From positions 4,421-68,420 of IMG/VR virus record IMGVR_UViG_3300027805_000012: DNA of 64,000 nt. One strand, given 5' to 3'. Below, in pieces: positions 9,687-19,706 of the stretch (positions within the stretch are counted from its first letter, which is position 1; each line of letters opens with the position of its first letter). The stretch comes from a virus. The notes below the pieces were generated by a model that ran no database searches, had not been told where the DNA came from, and was given only the letters and a program-made list of their open reading frames with translations. The position numbers and the translations under genes are program-made.

Positions 9687-10260
9687 ACCAAAACTCCTTT
9701 ACTTTCAACAATTCCCCAAGCAAGAAGACATTCAGTGTTCTCGGTTGCGCTGAGTACGTGGTAAGCGTGACAGCTGGGTTTATTGGCGCCCGCATCTCAG
9801 TGACAGCGAAAACGGGTGTGTGGTTCCATTTGCAGATCAGAAGTGGATTTTTGTTGAGCTTGGCAGCATCGATGACTGCTTCTTCGAACCACTTAAAAAC
9901 ATTTGCATTACCCGAAACCAAGGAAGTGAAATTATCAGTTGTTGCATACGCCTTACACTCAATCACGTGCCCGAAGCGCACTCCTTCCTGGCGCTCATTC
10001 ACCGGCACCACATCACCGACAAAGATCTTGAGAGCATCCTCTCCAAACATCTTACCAATTGTTTCAAAGTTCTTTCCACCCACGCGGGCACCAGAACCTG
10101 GGGTACGAATGAAGTTGAGTGGGGCTAGGGCTTTTGACAGTGTCTTGGCGACGGTGCCTTCGAAGCCGTTGCCCTTTTGTTTGCCACCACCTGGGCGCAT
10201 CTTGCGCTTCTTGGGTTGCACAGCGAGGTCATGATCGACTTCGACAGAGTTTGATGGCAT
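9673..10260 (-). CDS. Holliday junction resolvase (Hjc-like PD-(D/E)xK)
   Basis: 'KGNGFEGTVAK', 'RTPGSGA', 'GDVV', 'IECKAY'. Confidence 0.8.
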   Translation of the reverse strand: MPSNSVEVDHDLAVQPKKRKMRPGGGKQKGNGFEGTVAKTLSKALAPLNFIRTPGSGARVGGKNFETIGKMFGEDALKIFVGDVVPVNERQEGVRFGHVIECKAYATTDNFTSLVSGNANVFKWFEEAVIDAAKLNKNPLLICKWNHTPVFAVTEMRAPINPAVTLTTYSAQPRTLNVFLLGELLKVKEFWYVKS

Positions 10261-10312
10261 AGCGGTAATCCTTCAGGGAGTTGTCTGAAATATTTACCAA
10301 AGGATCAACCTG

Positions 10313-10681
10313 TTATTCTATGATGATGAACAAACGGGCTAGAGTTCTGGGTTTCACTGAAACTTTTACAGGAAGTACGGTATTATCAAACTTCTCGAGA
10401 ACATAATCCCTGATTTCATCAGTGCATTCAGTCCACATAGTGTCTGAGATATTCGAGTCTCTGATGATGCTGATGTAGCAGTCATATCTGTAAAGCATTG
10501 GATGATTTTCAGACGTAACCACAGCCCATGGAACTGGCGTATCATCAATGTCATTTCCAGATAGCTCTGCAATCCCTCTTCGATACTCCAGCGCCATGTT
10601 GTCAAGCTCTATGATGAGCTTGTCTCTAACCTTCTCACGGAGGGCAAGAGAGGCTTCAGTAAGAAGCTCAGCTGTCTTCAT
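10313..10681 (-). CDS. Hypothetical protein with capsid-targeting-like N-terminus
   Basis: MKTAELLTEA. Confidence 0.65.
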   Translation of the reverse strand: MKTAELLTEASLALREKVRDKLIIELDNMALEYRRGIAELSGNDIDDTPVPWAVVTSENHPMLYRYDCYISIIRDSNISDTMWTECTDEIRDYVLEKFDNTVLPVKVSVKPRTLARLFIIIE

Positions 10682-11145
10682 TTCTTTTCGGCGTATGCGT
10701 CTTCAAAATCCTTAGCTGTCTGAACGTCGTAGGTAAATTCATCGTCCTCTGTCATGCGCAGCAGATAATCTCCCTTTTTGAGGGTCTTCTTTTTACCATC
10801 AAGGTCAACCTTTGTAGTATCTCCACTGTACTTGAAGGCCTCAACCTCGTCAGCATCTCGATACATCGTGAATCCCTCAGCATCTTCCTTCTGGTTTGAA
10901 CGAACTGGAACGTATGATGTTTCAAGCTCTTCAGAGTCCATTTTTGCCACCAATTTACGAGTTCCGCTTGAATCAGAGTACACCTCGTACTCAGTTGGGT
11001 CAGAGCCTTTAACCTTCTTCACCATGTATACTGACTGTTGGATGAAAGTGGCAGACGAATCTTTGTTTTCTTTCCAAAGATCAGAAGCAAGAACAGTCTC
11101 AATTGCTTCTTCGTTTAGTGATAAAAGTTCTTGTAGTAGCTTCAT
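10678..11145 (-). CDS. Hypothetical acidic protein with capsid-targeting-like N-terminus
   Basis: MKLLQELLSLNEEA. Confidence 0.7.
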   Translation of the reverse strand: MKLLQELLSLNEEAIETVLASDLWKENKDSSATFIQQSVYMVKKVKGSDPTEYEVYSDSSGTRKLVAKMDSEELETSYVPVRSNQKEDAEGFTMYRDADEVEAFKYSGDTTKVDLDGKKKTLKKGDYLLRMTEDDEFTYDVQTAKDFEDAYAEKK

Positions 11146-11182
11146 TTCAACTTCCTTCAGTGAATTAGTTCTATTTACGATA

Positions 11183-12928
11183 TCAGTCGTAGATTACCGA
11201 ACTGAATCCACTTTCTTTCCTGATGATCAGATTTTTGTCAAGCCGTCCAGAGATAGATGGATGGTGCGAGATTACAAATACCGACATGTTTTCATCTCTG
11301 CTCTTCTCCTTGAGAATTCTGACAACTGCGTCAATTCCGTTCTGATCCAGAGCACCGTCAAGCTCATCAATCAGCAAAAGATTGGTCTTTGCGTGTAGGT
11401 GATGCAGCACATCTCTAAAAGAGAGAGCAAGACTAGTGTTGACCCTCTTTTTCTCACCAGCAGACAGATTTCCAAAATCAAGCTCTCGGCCAAACTCTGA
11501 CACAGTACAGCTCATGTCTGAGTCGAACTTCACAACATGTGGTAAACCCAGAGTTCGTGTGTAGTGGTTGATGCGGGCATTCAGGAAGGGAATGGTCTGG
11601 TTAATGATGCGGCGACGCAGGAAGCTGTTCTTGTCGGTAAGCAGCTTTAACAAGAAGTTCTGGTGATCCAGCCTGCGACGAAGATCGTCCACCTTCTTCG
11701 TATCCACGCCCTCAACCTTTTCTGCTTCTAGCTCACTAAGTGCCTCTTCATGCGGGTTGGTGGCCTTCTTAAGCTGTTCAAGCTTGGTTTTTAGAGCAGC
11801 AACATTTTCACGGGCCTTTAAAAGATCATCTAGGTCCTGATGCTGAATTGCGTCTTCAATTTCAGCAAGCTTTTCCTTCTTTTCTTTAGACTGCTCCTCA
11901 AGAATTTCAACTTCATCCTTTAGGTTAATGAGCAGACTACCTTTTTTCTCAATGATGTCAAGAACTGAAGCAAGCTTAGACTGCGCGTCTGCGTAGTTCT
12001 GGGCACAATATGGGCACTTCGCGTCTTTAAGGTGCTCCTCTTCTCCCATCAGCTTCTCAAGGTCCTTGTTGAGCTGCTGTAGATCCTTCTTCTTTGGAGC
12101 CAACTTGGCCGCCAGGTAAGCACCTTCTTGCTTAAGCTTACTTCTTTCTTCATGAAGCAGCTTTTCAGTGTCAAAGTCTACTGTTGATAACGTCTGTAGT
12201 GTTTCCTCGATCTCAGCGATGTCAGCGGCTGTTTGAGTTTCCCACTTAGCTACTCTCTGTTTGGCCTCCTTGATGTGCTTAGCGTGGAGGTCAATCGCGA
12301 CCTGCTGTTGAGCGCACACCGCTTCAGCGATCTTGATATCAGCCTCAGTGGATTTAATTTTTTCCTTTAGCTTCTGTGCCTTCTCAGAAAGCATCGTGAT
12401 GTTGAACAGCTCCTCAATTTGATTGCGCTGCTGGTTGATAGGCAGCTGTAGAAACGCTGGCGAGTTTCCAGAGAAGATAATGGTCTTGGTGAACAGGTCG
12501 TAACTTACACCAATGATGTCCTCAATTATAGCGTCGCATTCAGTCACGTTCTTACCAGGAGTAATATCCTCACCATCTCTGCGGATCTCAATTCTGTATT
12601 CCTCACCTCGAGCACGGTAGATTTCATACTCGACACCACCTTTTTCAAAGATGAGACGAACCTCCATCAACGTATTTTTCAACGCATTAGTTGTATTCAC
12701 AAGTCGTTGCAGAGATATGCTGTCAAACGGCTTGTTATAGAGGGCGTAGCAGATGGCGTTGATGATACCTGTTTTTCCACTTCCATTCGAGGACCCTCCG
12801 CCTACATCTAGATTTTCGCCGGTGATTGTGACAGTACCTTGTTCATCAAGCTGAATAAGCTGCGACTGATTTCCATAAGAAAGAAAGTTCCTCAACTCAA
12901 TCGATTTAAATATGAATGGAAAGCTCAT
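11183..12928 (-). CDS. Recombination endonuclease ATPase subunit (T4 gp46/Rad50-SbcC)
   Basis: 'IELRNFLSYGN', Walker A 'NGSGKT', zinc hook 'CPYC', signature 'LSAGE', Walker B 'LLLIDE', H-loop. Start at MSFPF (12928). Confidence 0.95.
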   Translation of the reverse strand: MSFPFIFKSIELRNFLSYGNQSQLIQLDEQGTVTITGENLDVGGGSSNGSGKTGIINAICYALYNKPFDSISLQRLVNTTNALKNTLMEVRLIFEKGGVEYEIYRARGEEYRIEIRRDGEDITPGKNVTECDAIIEDIIGVSYDLFTKTIIFSGNSPAFLQLPINQQRNQIEELFNITMLSEKAQKLKEKIKSTEADIKIAEAVCAQQQVAIDLHAKHIKEAKQRVAKWETQTAADIAEIEETLQTLSTVDFDTEKLLHEERSKLKQEGAYLAAKLAPKKKDLQQLNKDLEKLMGEEEHLKDAKCPYCAQNYADAQSKLASVLDIIEKKGSLLINLKDEVEILEEQSKEKKEKLAEIEDAIQHQDLDDLLKARENVAALKTKLEQLKKATNPHEEALSELEAEKVEGVDTKKVDDLRRRLDHQNFLLKLLTDKNSFLRRRIINQTIPFLNARINHYTRTLGLPHVVKFDSDMSCTVSEFGRELDFGNLSAGEKKRVNTSLALSFRDVLHHLHAKTNLLLIDELDGALDQNGIDAVVRILKEKSRDENMSVFVISHHPSISGRLDKNLIIRKESGFSSVIYD

Positions 12929-13119
12929 AGGTATTCCTTCTTTCGAATACCAACAAGCACCTGGACGCGTCTCTGTTCCGGCGTCCAGTTCTTTTCGCGC
13001 CTGTATGTCTTGATCCACTTCACTAATCGACTAATTATGTTACCACACATGCTTCCCAAGATAATAAGGGGCACTATACAATACACATGCCAACCAAATT
13101 TTGGATCAGGTCTCATCAT
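12925..13119 (-). CDS. Small membrane protein
   Basis: 64 aa with one hydrophobic segment; ATGA overlaps at both ends. Confidence 0.55.
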   Translation of the reverse strand: MMRPDPKFGWHVYCIVPLIILGSMCGNIISRLVKWIKTYRREKNWTPEQRRVQVLVGIRKKEYL

Positions 13120-14210
13120 AGCTCCTCATAAAGTTTGACCAACATGGTTGGATCAATGGTTGTTGACGACTGAACACCCTCGTTGATCAGCTTGCGAACG
13201 GTGTTATCAAGTGATGACAGATCAATTTCGCCATCAACCTCAAGTCCTTCAGCCAGCTGCTCCTTACGTAGGGCAACATCCTCCTCAACAGAAAACTCTC
13301 TAAGTCCCAGCTCCTTGACCATCTCATCGCGAAGAGACTGCACCTCGCTATAACCAATATCGACGTCAAGAGTGCAGCGCACTCTGCTTCTCGGAGGAAA
13401 GTTTACTTCACCATCAAGAACGCGGCTTAGCTTTGTTTTGAAGAACAGCGGAGCATTTTCCCAGTTGTGGAACCAAACATCATCATTCTCAACGTCAAAT
13501 ACCGCGCACCCTCGTTCAGCATCCCCGGCATCTCCAAAGTTGGTTGGAAAGGTATTTCCTATGTAGATGATGTTCTTAAAGGCTTGTCGTTTGTGAAAGT
13601 GGCCGCTGAAGATGAACTTGGGGCCATGAAAATCCTCAGGATCAGGCCCATGTTCCATTCGACGGTCAGCACCAGTCACCACGAAGTTGCGGAACTCGAA
13701 GTGCCCAAGAACGTACTTGTGGTTGTTGATCTCAGCAACCTGTACAGCGTACTCCTCACGGAAGAGGTAGGGAGCCGCATAGAAGTCCTTGTTAAGCTTC
13801 ATCGGTTCATTAACCAGGATGAAGTTGCCAAGGTCGTTGAAGATGTCCGTCGAAAAGATCAGCCGGTTGGACCGATGGTATAGGTCGTGGTTGCCGATGA
13901 TGAAGAAGATCGGGATGCCGAGCGCGTTCAGCCGACGACAGCCCTCGATAGCATGGTGCAGGGTACGAACGTTGATGGCATTGCGGTTCTCGAAGAAGTC
14001 ACCAAGAAACGCGATGTGACTCGGCTTCTCCTTCTTGATGATACCGATGAGCCAGTCGATGTAGTCCAGGTTGTCGAGGTTGTGCTGATCGGAGTTGTTT
14101 CGTGCCCCAAAATGTATATCAGTAAAAAGCACCATTTTGGTGATCTTCTTCCAATCACCAGGCAAGGTGTCACCCAGGTTGCCACCAAGGCCATTGACAA
14201 TTCGAGACAC
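13116..14210 (-). CDS. Recombination endonuclease nuclease subunit (T4 gp47/Mre11-SbcD)
   Basis: 'FTDIHFG', 'FLGDFF', 'IIGNHD', 'GHFE', 'FSGHFH'. Confidence 0.95.
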   Translation of the reverse strand: MSRIVNGLGGNLGDTLPGDWKKITKMVLFTDIHFGARNNSDQHNLDNLDYIDWLIGIIKKEKPSHIAFLGDFFENRNAINVRTLHHAIEGCRRLNALGIPIFFIIGNHDLYHRSNRLIFSTDIFNDLGNFILVNEPMKLNKDFYAAPYLFREEYAVQVAEINNHKYVLGHFEFRNFVVTGADRRMEHGPDPEDFHGPKFIFSGHFHKRQAFKNIIYIGNTFPTNFGDAGDAERGCAVFDVENDDVWFHNWENAPLFFKTKLSRVLDGEVNFPPRSRVRCTLDVDIGYSEVQSLRDEMVKELGLREFSVEEDVALRKEQLAEGLEVDGEIDLSSLDNTVRKLINEGVQSSTTIDPTMLVKLYEEL

Positions 14211-14212
14211 GC

Positions 14213-14677
14213 TTACTCCTCCGAAGAAGAGGAGCGGAAAGCAGTATCATCCGATGTGTTACCGCCTTTAGACCGTTCCTGGAACGAGAACGACGGGTTG
14301 GCTCCAGCATCCACTAGAAGTTCATCACGAATATCTCGCTGCTTCTTTTCATCAGCAAGATACTGCAGAAAGCTTCTATAGACCGCGGTGGTATAGAAGG
14401 CAAAAGGATTGTCAGACTTTGTGGGATCGAACTTGTGCCAGTTAGCAATCAGGTTGACTACAGCAAACGATACCATATCTTCACGAAAAGAATATCCTCC
14501 GAAGCTTGCGCTTCGAGAATACCTCTCAGCGATCATGTTCAGGTACTTAGCTAAGGTACTTGATAGTTTTCCCTTTTCTTTGCATACCTTTATTTCCTCA
14601 AGAAGCTGAGCATTGGTAACGTAGTGACCTTTTGTCGAAGTTGATTTTGGTTTCTTGTAAACAGTTTTTGTCGCCAT
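14213..14677 (-). CDS. Late-transcription sigma factor (T4 gp55-like)
   Basis: 'HYVTNAQLL', 'YSFREDMVS', 'FDPTKSDNPFAFYTTA..RSFL..L..EKKQ'. Confidence 0.92.
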   Translation of the reverse strand: MATKTVYKKPKSTSTKGHYVTNAQLLEEIKVCKEKGKLSSTLAKYLNMIAERYSRSASFGGYSFREDMVSFAVVNLIANWHKFDPTKSDNPFAFYTTAVYRSFLQYLADEKKQRDIRDELLVDAGANPSFSFQERSKGGNTSDDTAFRSSSSEE

Positions 14678-14778
14678 GGGTTGCCCTTCTTACGGGTTGT
14701 TAAGCGACTTACAGTAATTGTAACATCTAAAGGATATTTAGCAGCGAGAATTGTGATTACAGTCGACTTTAGTAGGTT

Positions 14779-14786
14779 CATAAATA
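14779..14786 (+). promoter_or_regulatory. T4-type late promoter (nATAAATA)
   Basis: CATAAATA upstream of the baseplate operon. Similar motifs at 34260, 41612, 45864, 46408, 51728, 52748 and 63868. Confidence 0.65.
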
Positions 14787-14810
14787 CTAAAACGCTAGCG
14801 GGGGATAAAA

Positions 14811-15509
14811 ATGCAGTTAGAAGAAGCTCAGGAACTACCTGGCAAACAGAAAAAGAACGTCGTTGTCGCGGTTGGCAGATTTAATCCTCCAACCAGAGGA
14901 CACTACAAGGTGATAAATGCAATGAAGGCATTTATCAGAGATAACCCCGACCTCAATCTAGACACTATTCCCGTGGTCGTCATAGTCGCCGGAAGTAAGT
15001 CTGATCAAGATAAATCTAGGAACCCTCTTTCAGGTGATGAACGGAAGACCTTCATGGAAAGCTCAGGAAGAGCAAATGGGGTGAAGTTTCTAATCGCCCC
15101 ATCTGCCTTCGCGGCATTTGCAGAAGTTAGAAACAATGGCATGGAACCCATTGCGGTTGCCGCTGGCAGTGACAGATTGCCAGGGTATCTAAAGATGCTT
15201 GATGACTACTTCACCCATGATGGAACACCGGCAAAGAGCGGTGGTAAAAAAATCACCCACTATTCAGTTCCTGGTTTAGACCGTGATGCGGATGCGGATG
15301 CGGATGATGGCGACAGCTACTATCAAAAGATCATTGATATGATTGTAGATGGGGATAAAGTGAACGACGATATGATAAGTGGTTCTCTCGCAAGATTTGC
15401 TGTACGGAAAAATGAACCGCGTGCCTTCGCATACATAGTTGGGCTTGAAAAGAAGCCAAAGCTATCAGAAAAAATGTTTGACAAGATTAAAGAGGCTCAA
15501 ACATCGTGA
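14811..15509 (+). CDS. Cytidylyltransferase-like nucleotidyltransferase
   Basis: 'AVGRFNPPTRGH' (HxGH-like), 'AGSDR', 'ISGSLAR'. Confidence 0.8.
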   Translation: MQLEEAQELPGKQKKNVVVAVGRFNPPTRGHYKVINAMKAFIRDNPDLNLDTIPVVVIVAGSKSDQDKSRNPLSGDERKTFMESSGRANGVKFLIAPSAFAAFAEVRNNGMEPIAVAAGSDRLPGYLKMLDDYFTHDGTPAKSGGKKITHYSVPGLDRDADADADDGDSYYQKIIDMIVDGDKVNDDMISGSLARFAVRKNEPRAFAYIVGLEKKPKLSEKMFDKIKEAQTS

Positions 15510-17128
15510 TCAAAGATCTTCTAAACGAGGCTGTTCCTAGGGCTGTTGGGGCTGTAGTTGGGAGCGTCCAGAACAAAATCGACGAATTTGCAAACAGAGC
15601 TGTTTCACAGACGACAGAGGCGTGGGGCAGTTTCAAGAAGCTGCTTGCAGATGGAAAAGATAACACCGTTACTTCAGCCAATACCGCTTTTAGGAAGTTT
15701 GAAATTGAGAACGGTTACGGTCCGTCAGAAGCTGAAGTTGATGAAATGATCAGAGAAATGAGCCCGCTTGGAGAAGGAACGGCTCTAGATGCATACTCCA
15801 ATGAAGCGCAGCTTGAGCGACAGCTAGAAGGGCAGTTTACAGCGGCGCAGGTAAAATCATTGATTGGGCAAAATACTGCTGAAGACCAAAGCCACAAGGT
15901 TAAGCTGGTAGAAAAAGGCGTTGATCAAGTCGTATTTGACATCATGCCAGAAGTTACAGAAAATAGAAACGTGGAGTATGAAGCAGTTGCTCCACCTCAA
16001 AGCCCATCAGCGTTTCAAAAGTACAAGGGGACTACCAGTACGCAATGGACGGTGCAGGCAACTTTGACCTGTAGGAATACTGATGAAGCAACAGAGAATC
16101 TCAGAAAGCTCAACGTACTGCGTGGGTGGACCATGCCATTCTTTGGGGAGAATACGCGTGTAGCCTATCCAGATAAGCTTGGCGCTCCACCTCCGGTGCT
16201 TGAATTTTCCGGCTGGAGAAATCAAATGGTTGGTCCAGTACAGGTAGTTATTACCTCTTTAAGCTGGAACTTTCCACAGGATGTAGACTACATTCCAGCA
16301 AAAGGATTTACCAGAGCTGCAGGGAATGAACTAGACTATACCGGTGAGTTGATTCACCGGTATAGTTATACCGGTGAGTTGATTCCATTCCCTGCAGTTA
16401 TTAAGCTGCAGATAACACTAGTTGAAAGCTTTTCAACTGAGCAACTTAACAGCTTTGATCTGGCAGAATTTAGAGCTGGCAGGTTTGATAAAGCGTTTGT
16501 TCAAACAGTTTCATCTCAGTCAACTCAAGAGAGCACACGTGTACAGCTCAATGCCCCAGGGGTAGCAGCTGAAGAAGCTCAAACTGTGGTGGTAAATTCA
16601 AATGGGTCTGTAAGCAGTGAAGTGACGACACAGGTGGAAGAAACAGAAAAACAAGCAGTTGTTTCAGAAGTAGCGGAAGCTAATGTTTCACAGAATGAAA
16701 GCTTACCAGCTGAAACCACGATTCAGCGAGTTGGAAACACATCACCTGCAGCACCTGGACCAACGGCGCCGCCCCCTGGTTCGACAGAAGATGGAGCACT
16801 TCGCCAAAAGCGCTCTCAATTAACTAAGGACATTGCGCTAGCAGAACAAAACGCTGTTACTAGCCAGCAGGCTGCTGATAGGTATACTGCTAAAGCTAAT
16901 CAGGAAACAAATTCAGCACTTGAATTTGAGGCAGCAGCAGCTGCCGAGCAGGATGCTGAAAAATCGGCAGCACTCTCAAGTTCAGCACAGAAAGCAAGAG
17001 AGCAGACAGAGATTGCCAGCAAGAGAGCTCAACTATTGAAAAAACAGACTGAAAGTTCTAAACAACAAGCACAGCAGTTTAGAGATGAATTAAGCGCGCT
17101 ACCAGCCCCAACTAATACATTTGGCTGA
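15506..17128 (+). CDS. Baseplate/tail-tube junction-like protein with low-complexity C-terminus
   Basis: 'PPPVLEFSG...VVITSLSWNFP..VDYIP' (tube-initiator-like) and its position in the baseplate operon. Confidence 0.6.
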   Translation: MIKDLLNEAVPRAVGAVVGSVQNKIDEFANRAVSQTTEAWGSFKKLLADGKDNTVTSANTAFRKFEIENGYGPSEAEVDEMIREMSPLGEGTALDAYSNEAQLERQLEGQFTAAQVKSLIGQNTAEDQSHKVKLVEKGVDQVVFDIMPEVTENRNVEYEAVAPPQSPSAFQKYKGTTSTQWTVQATLTCRNTDEATENLRKLNVLRGWTMPFFGENTRVAYPDKLGAPPPVLEFSGWRNQMVGPVQVVITSLSWNFPQDVDYIPAKGFTRAAGNELDYTGELIHRYSYTGELIPFPAVIKLQITLVESFSTEQLNSFDLAEFRAGRFDKAFVQTVSSQSTQESTRVQLNAPGVAAEEAQTVVVNSNGSVSSEVTTQVEETEKQAVVSEVAEANVSQNESLPAETTIQRVGNTSPAAPGPTAPPPGSTEDGALRQKRSQLTKDIALAEQNAVTSQQAADRYTAKANQETNSALEFEAAAAAEQDAEKSAALSSSAQKAREQTEIASKRAQLLKKQTESSKQQAQQFRDELSALPAPTNTFG

Positions 17129-17143
17129 TCTTAGGAAATAATC

Positions 17144-17518
17144 ATGCAAAAGAACAGCACTATGAATAGAAACTCCCGATATGTCGCAGGAGGAACAACT
17201 GAAGTTAATGAGTTCGCGCTTGAGTGGTGGGATCGAATAACAATATCTCTTGACCCAACTGATACTACATACGTCGTTGAGAAAAAATTTGCTGGGAGGC
17301 TGGACTTAATTACAGCTGTTTTTCTTGGTGAACAGAACGTAGCCAATTGGTGGGTGGTTGCAATGATGAACAACATCCTTGACCCATACACTGAAGTTTA
17401 TGAAGGAAGAGTTCTGTACATCCCAACCAGAGAAAGAATGTCTTCTCTATTAAATGGCAGGCTTGGAGGTGAACCTTCCACCAGAGATGTTCCAACGTCG
17501 ATTCTACCTATAGTATAG
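17144..17518 (+). CDS. Baseplate wedge subunit (gp53/LysM-like)
   Basis: 'YVVEKKFAGRLDLIT......WWVVAMMNNILDP....GRVLYIP'. Confidence 0.75.
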   Translation: MQKNSTMNRNSRYVAGGTTEVNEFALEWWDRITISLDPTDTTYVVEKKFAGRLDLITAVFLGEQNVANWWVVAMMNNILDPYTEVYEGRVLYIPTRERMSSLLNGRLGGEPSTRDVPTSILPIV

Positions 17519-17534
17519 ATTGAAAGCATAAAGC

Positions 17535-19706
17535 ATGCAACGCATAGAGCAATTTGTTCAAGATGGACCTAACTCGATGAAATTAAAGAACGCGCTTGAC
17601 GCGTTCACTTCATATTCAACGCACTTCGTTGTCATGGCTGCGCGATCTACTGAAACAGCTAGAGCTTTTACGCAGCAGTCTAATAATAGAGAAACTCTCG
17701 ACGCAATTGACAAGGTAAAGGCATTGGGGGAAGTTGTTCCATACTCAACAGCAAGAAGTGGGGAGGATGTCTATCTAGTAATGGACACCAGAAGGTTCAG
17801 CCAGTTTACGGTTGAAAGCATGAAGTACGACGTGTTAATCAATGGTCTTACCGCTGGACAGTCTCATGCAAATCTTGCAACGACCATCGAGATGACCGTT
17901 CTTGACAGCGTAGGTATTTCATTCATAAATTTCATGCAGTGGCTGATGGACACCAAGCTGCAAACCAACTTTGACGGCATGATATTTCTCATTAGAGTTA
18001 TCTTTGTTGGGCATAATTCAGATGGTACCACTCAAACTGTGCAAGCGGTAACGATTCCAGCCTATCTGTTTAAAATGGAGGTAAACCTAGACTTTTCAAA
18101 GGGCGTGTATAATCTAGAGTTTATGCCAAACATGAACTTCTCTGTGTTTCAGCACAAGCGCTGGCTACATATTGGTAAAGCCACAAGCTTCAGCACGATA
18201 GGAAGTAAGACTCTCCAATCTGTAGTTAAGGCTTTTGAAGATAGACTAAATGAGGAAAGTTTATCTTTCTACAACGCAACAAGCCCAATTTTGCTGAGAG
18301 CTGGAAGAAACCCGCAAAATACCGGTAGCCAAAATTCAAAATTTGGTAGACTGGTAAAGTACCAAATTACGCTGCCTGATGGATGGGGTGATAAGGAATT
18401 TTTTGGGTCTTGGAAGCACAATGTAAATTCGTCTGAAGAACGTGATTTTGTTAAGGAGCTTCAGAAGCTTGACGCTGCAAAAACTCCCGCACAAAAGCAA
18501 AATGCGAAGCCGACAGATGGAACTAAGAGCCCAGCAAAGGACGTAAGCAGCTCAGTTCCCGTGGGCATCACCATAACAGAGGTCCTTGACATTATTTTTA
18601 GGCAGGTTCCAGCGATAGCTGAATTTGCAAATTCAGAAAAAGTTTCTAAGACTGACGGTCTCATCAAGTTCTACAAGCACGTGGTTAGCCTGACGAGCAC
18701 TAATGATGTTATTACGGTTCACGTTGATGTGGTTGCATTTGAGGTTCCTAATGCGCAACCGCCCAAGAAGAAAACAGGTGAAGAAGTGTCGCAGCACCAG
18801 CAAAGGTTTTACAGAACTGTAAAAGAGAATGGTCAGTCAAAGAACATACCCGCTAACTACTTTGAACTTGACTACATCTTCACCGGTAAGAACACACAGG
18901 TTCTGAACTTTGACATGAAAATTCAAGATCTGCAGTTCTTGCTTGCCAGTAACGTTAGAGTTTCTGAGGGTGAACTTTTCGCTGTTAAGGAAGATGATGC
19001 TGAAATTAGCAAGGAGAAATTACCAGAAGTTCTGACAAGCATGAGACCATACGATCCCTTCTTAATCCCTATGAAAACAGAGCTAGAAAAATCTGGATTT
19101 TCAGAGCAAAGCGCAAACTCTAGGGATCCACAGGCAAACTTTGAAGTTAGCAGAAGCTTTCAGCAGTACTCAAGAAATCTATCCGCATTCTACGCGGCAT
19201 CACCGATACAGGTAGCTATGACCATAAAAGGCAACCCTGACATTATGCTGAAGTTCAGCAATCCAAATATTGCGCCGAGTGCCGAGCAGACCATAGAAAC
19301 AGCTCAAACCTCTTCAATAACTGACGCGCAGCGGCAACAGTACAGACAGCAGTTTGAACGTGAAATCTTGAACTCTGACAGTGATACAAGGATGCTGACT
19401 AAAACTGGCCGTGGAACATTTTTGATGAATCCACAGCTTGGTAATGCCAGCTATATGACGACTCCAGTATTTGTTAAGCTGAATGTCAAGGGTCCAAATG
19501 TCGATTTTAGAACCAATGAGCTGATTGAAGGAGAGAACTTTACAAAGGACGTTCTTTATGACAACTACTACGTCGTCTTCAAGGTAACAAACATAATTGA
19601 ACGTGGAGTTTTCACTCAGCAGCTGGAACTTTGGTCGCATAACGTGTTTGGTTCAAACAAAATTTCACGCGAGCTGGTGGATGCTAGAACAACTGTGAGG
19701 CAGTAA
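17535..19706 (+). CDS. Baseplate hub-like protein (gp27-like position)
   Basis: 723-aa ORF before the spike gene; 'MTIKGNP', 'YYVVFKVTNIIERGVFTQQL'. Confidence 0.6.
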   Translation: MQRIEQFVQDGPNSMKLKNALDAFTSYSTHFVVMAARSTETARAFTQQSNNRETLDAIDKVKALGEVVPYSTARSGEDVYLVMDTRRFSQFTVESMKYDVLINGLTAGQSHANLATTIEMTVLDSVGISFINFMQWLMDTKLQTNFDGMIFLIRVIFVGHNSDGTTQTVQAVTIPAYLFKMEVNLDFSKGVYNLEFMPNMNFSVFQHKRWLHIGKATSFSTIGSKTLQSVVKAFEDRLNEESLSFYNATSPILLRAGRNPQNTGSQNSKFGRLVKYQITLPDGWGDKEFFGSWKHNVNSSEERDFVKELQKLDAAKTPAQKQNAKPTDGTKSPAKDVSSSVPVGITITEVLDIIFRQVPAIAEFANSEKVSKTDGLIKFYKHVVSLTSTNDVITVHVDVVAFEVPNAQPPKKKTGEEVSQHQQRFYRTVKENGQSKNIPANYFELDYIFTGKNTQVLNFDMKIQDLQFLLASNVRVSEGELFAVKEDDAEISKEKLPEVLTSMRPYDPFLIPMKTELEKSGFSEQSANSRDPQANFEVSRSFQQYSRNLSAFYAASPIQVAMTIKGNPDIMLKFSNPNIAPSAEQTIETAQTSSITDAQRQQYRQQFEREILNSDSDTRMLTKTGRGTFLMNPQLGNASYMTTPVFVKLNVKGPNVDFRTNELIEGENFTKDVLYDNYYVVFKVTNIIERGVFTQQLELWSHNVFGSNKISRELVDARTTVRQ

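Noticed and set aside
11183-13018. gp46 start at 13018
   Set aside because: It would overlap the small membrane ORF; the conserved N-terminus and an ATGA junction support 12928.
15285-15308. (GATGCG)x3 microsatellite
   Set aside because: It is an in-frame Asp-Ala linker expansion with no frameshift potential.
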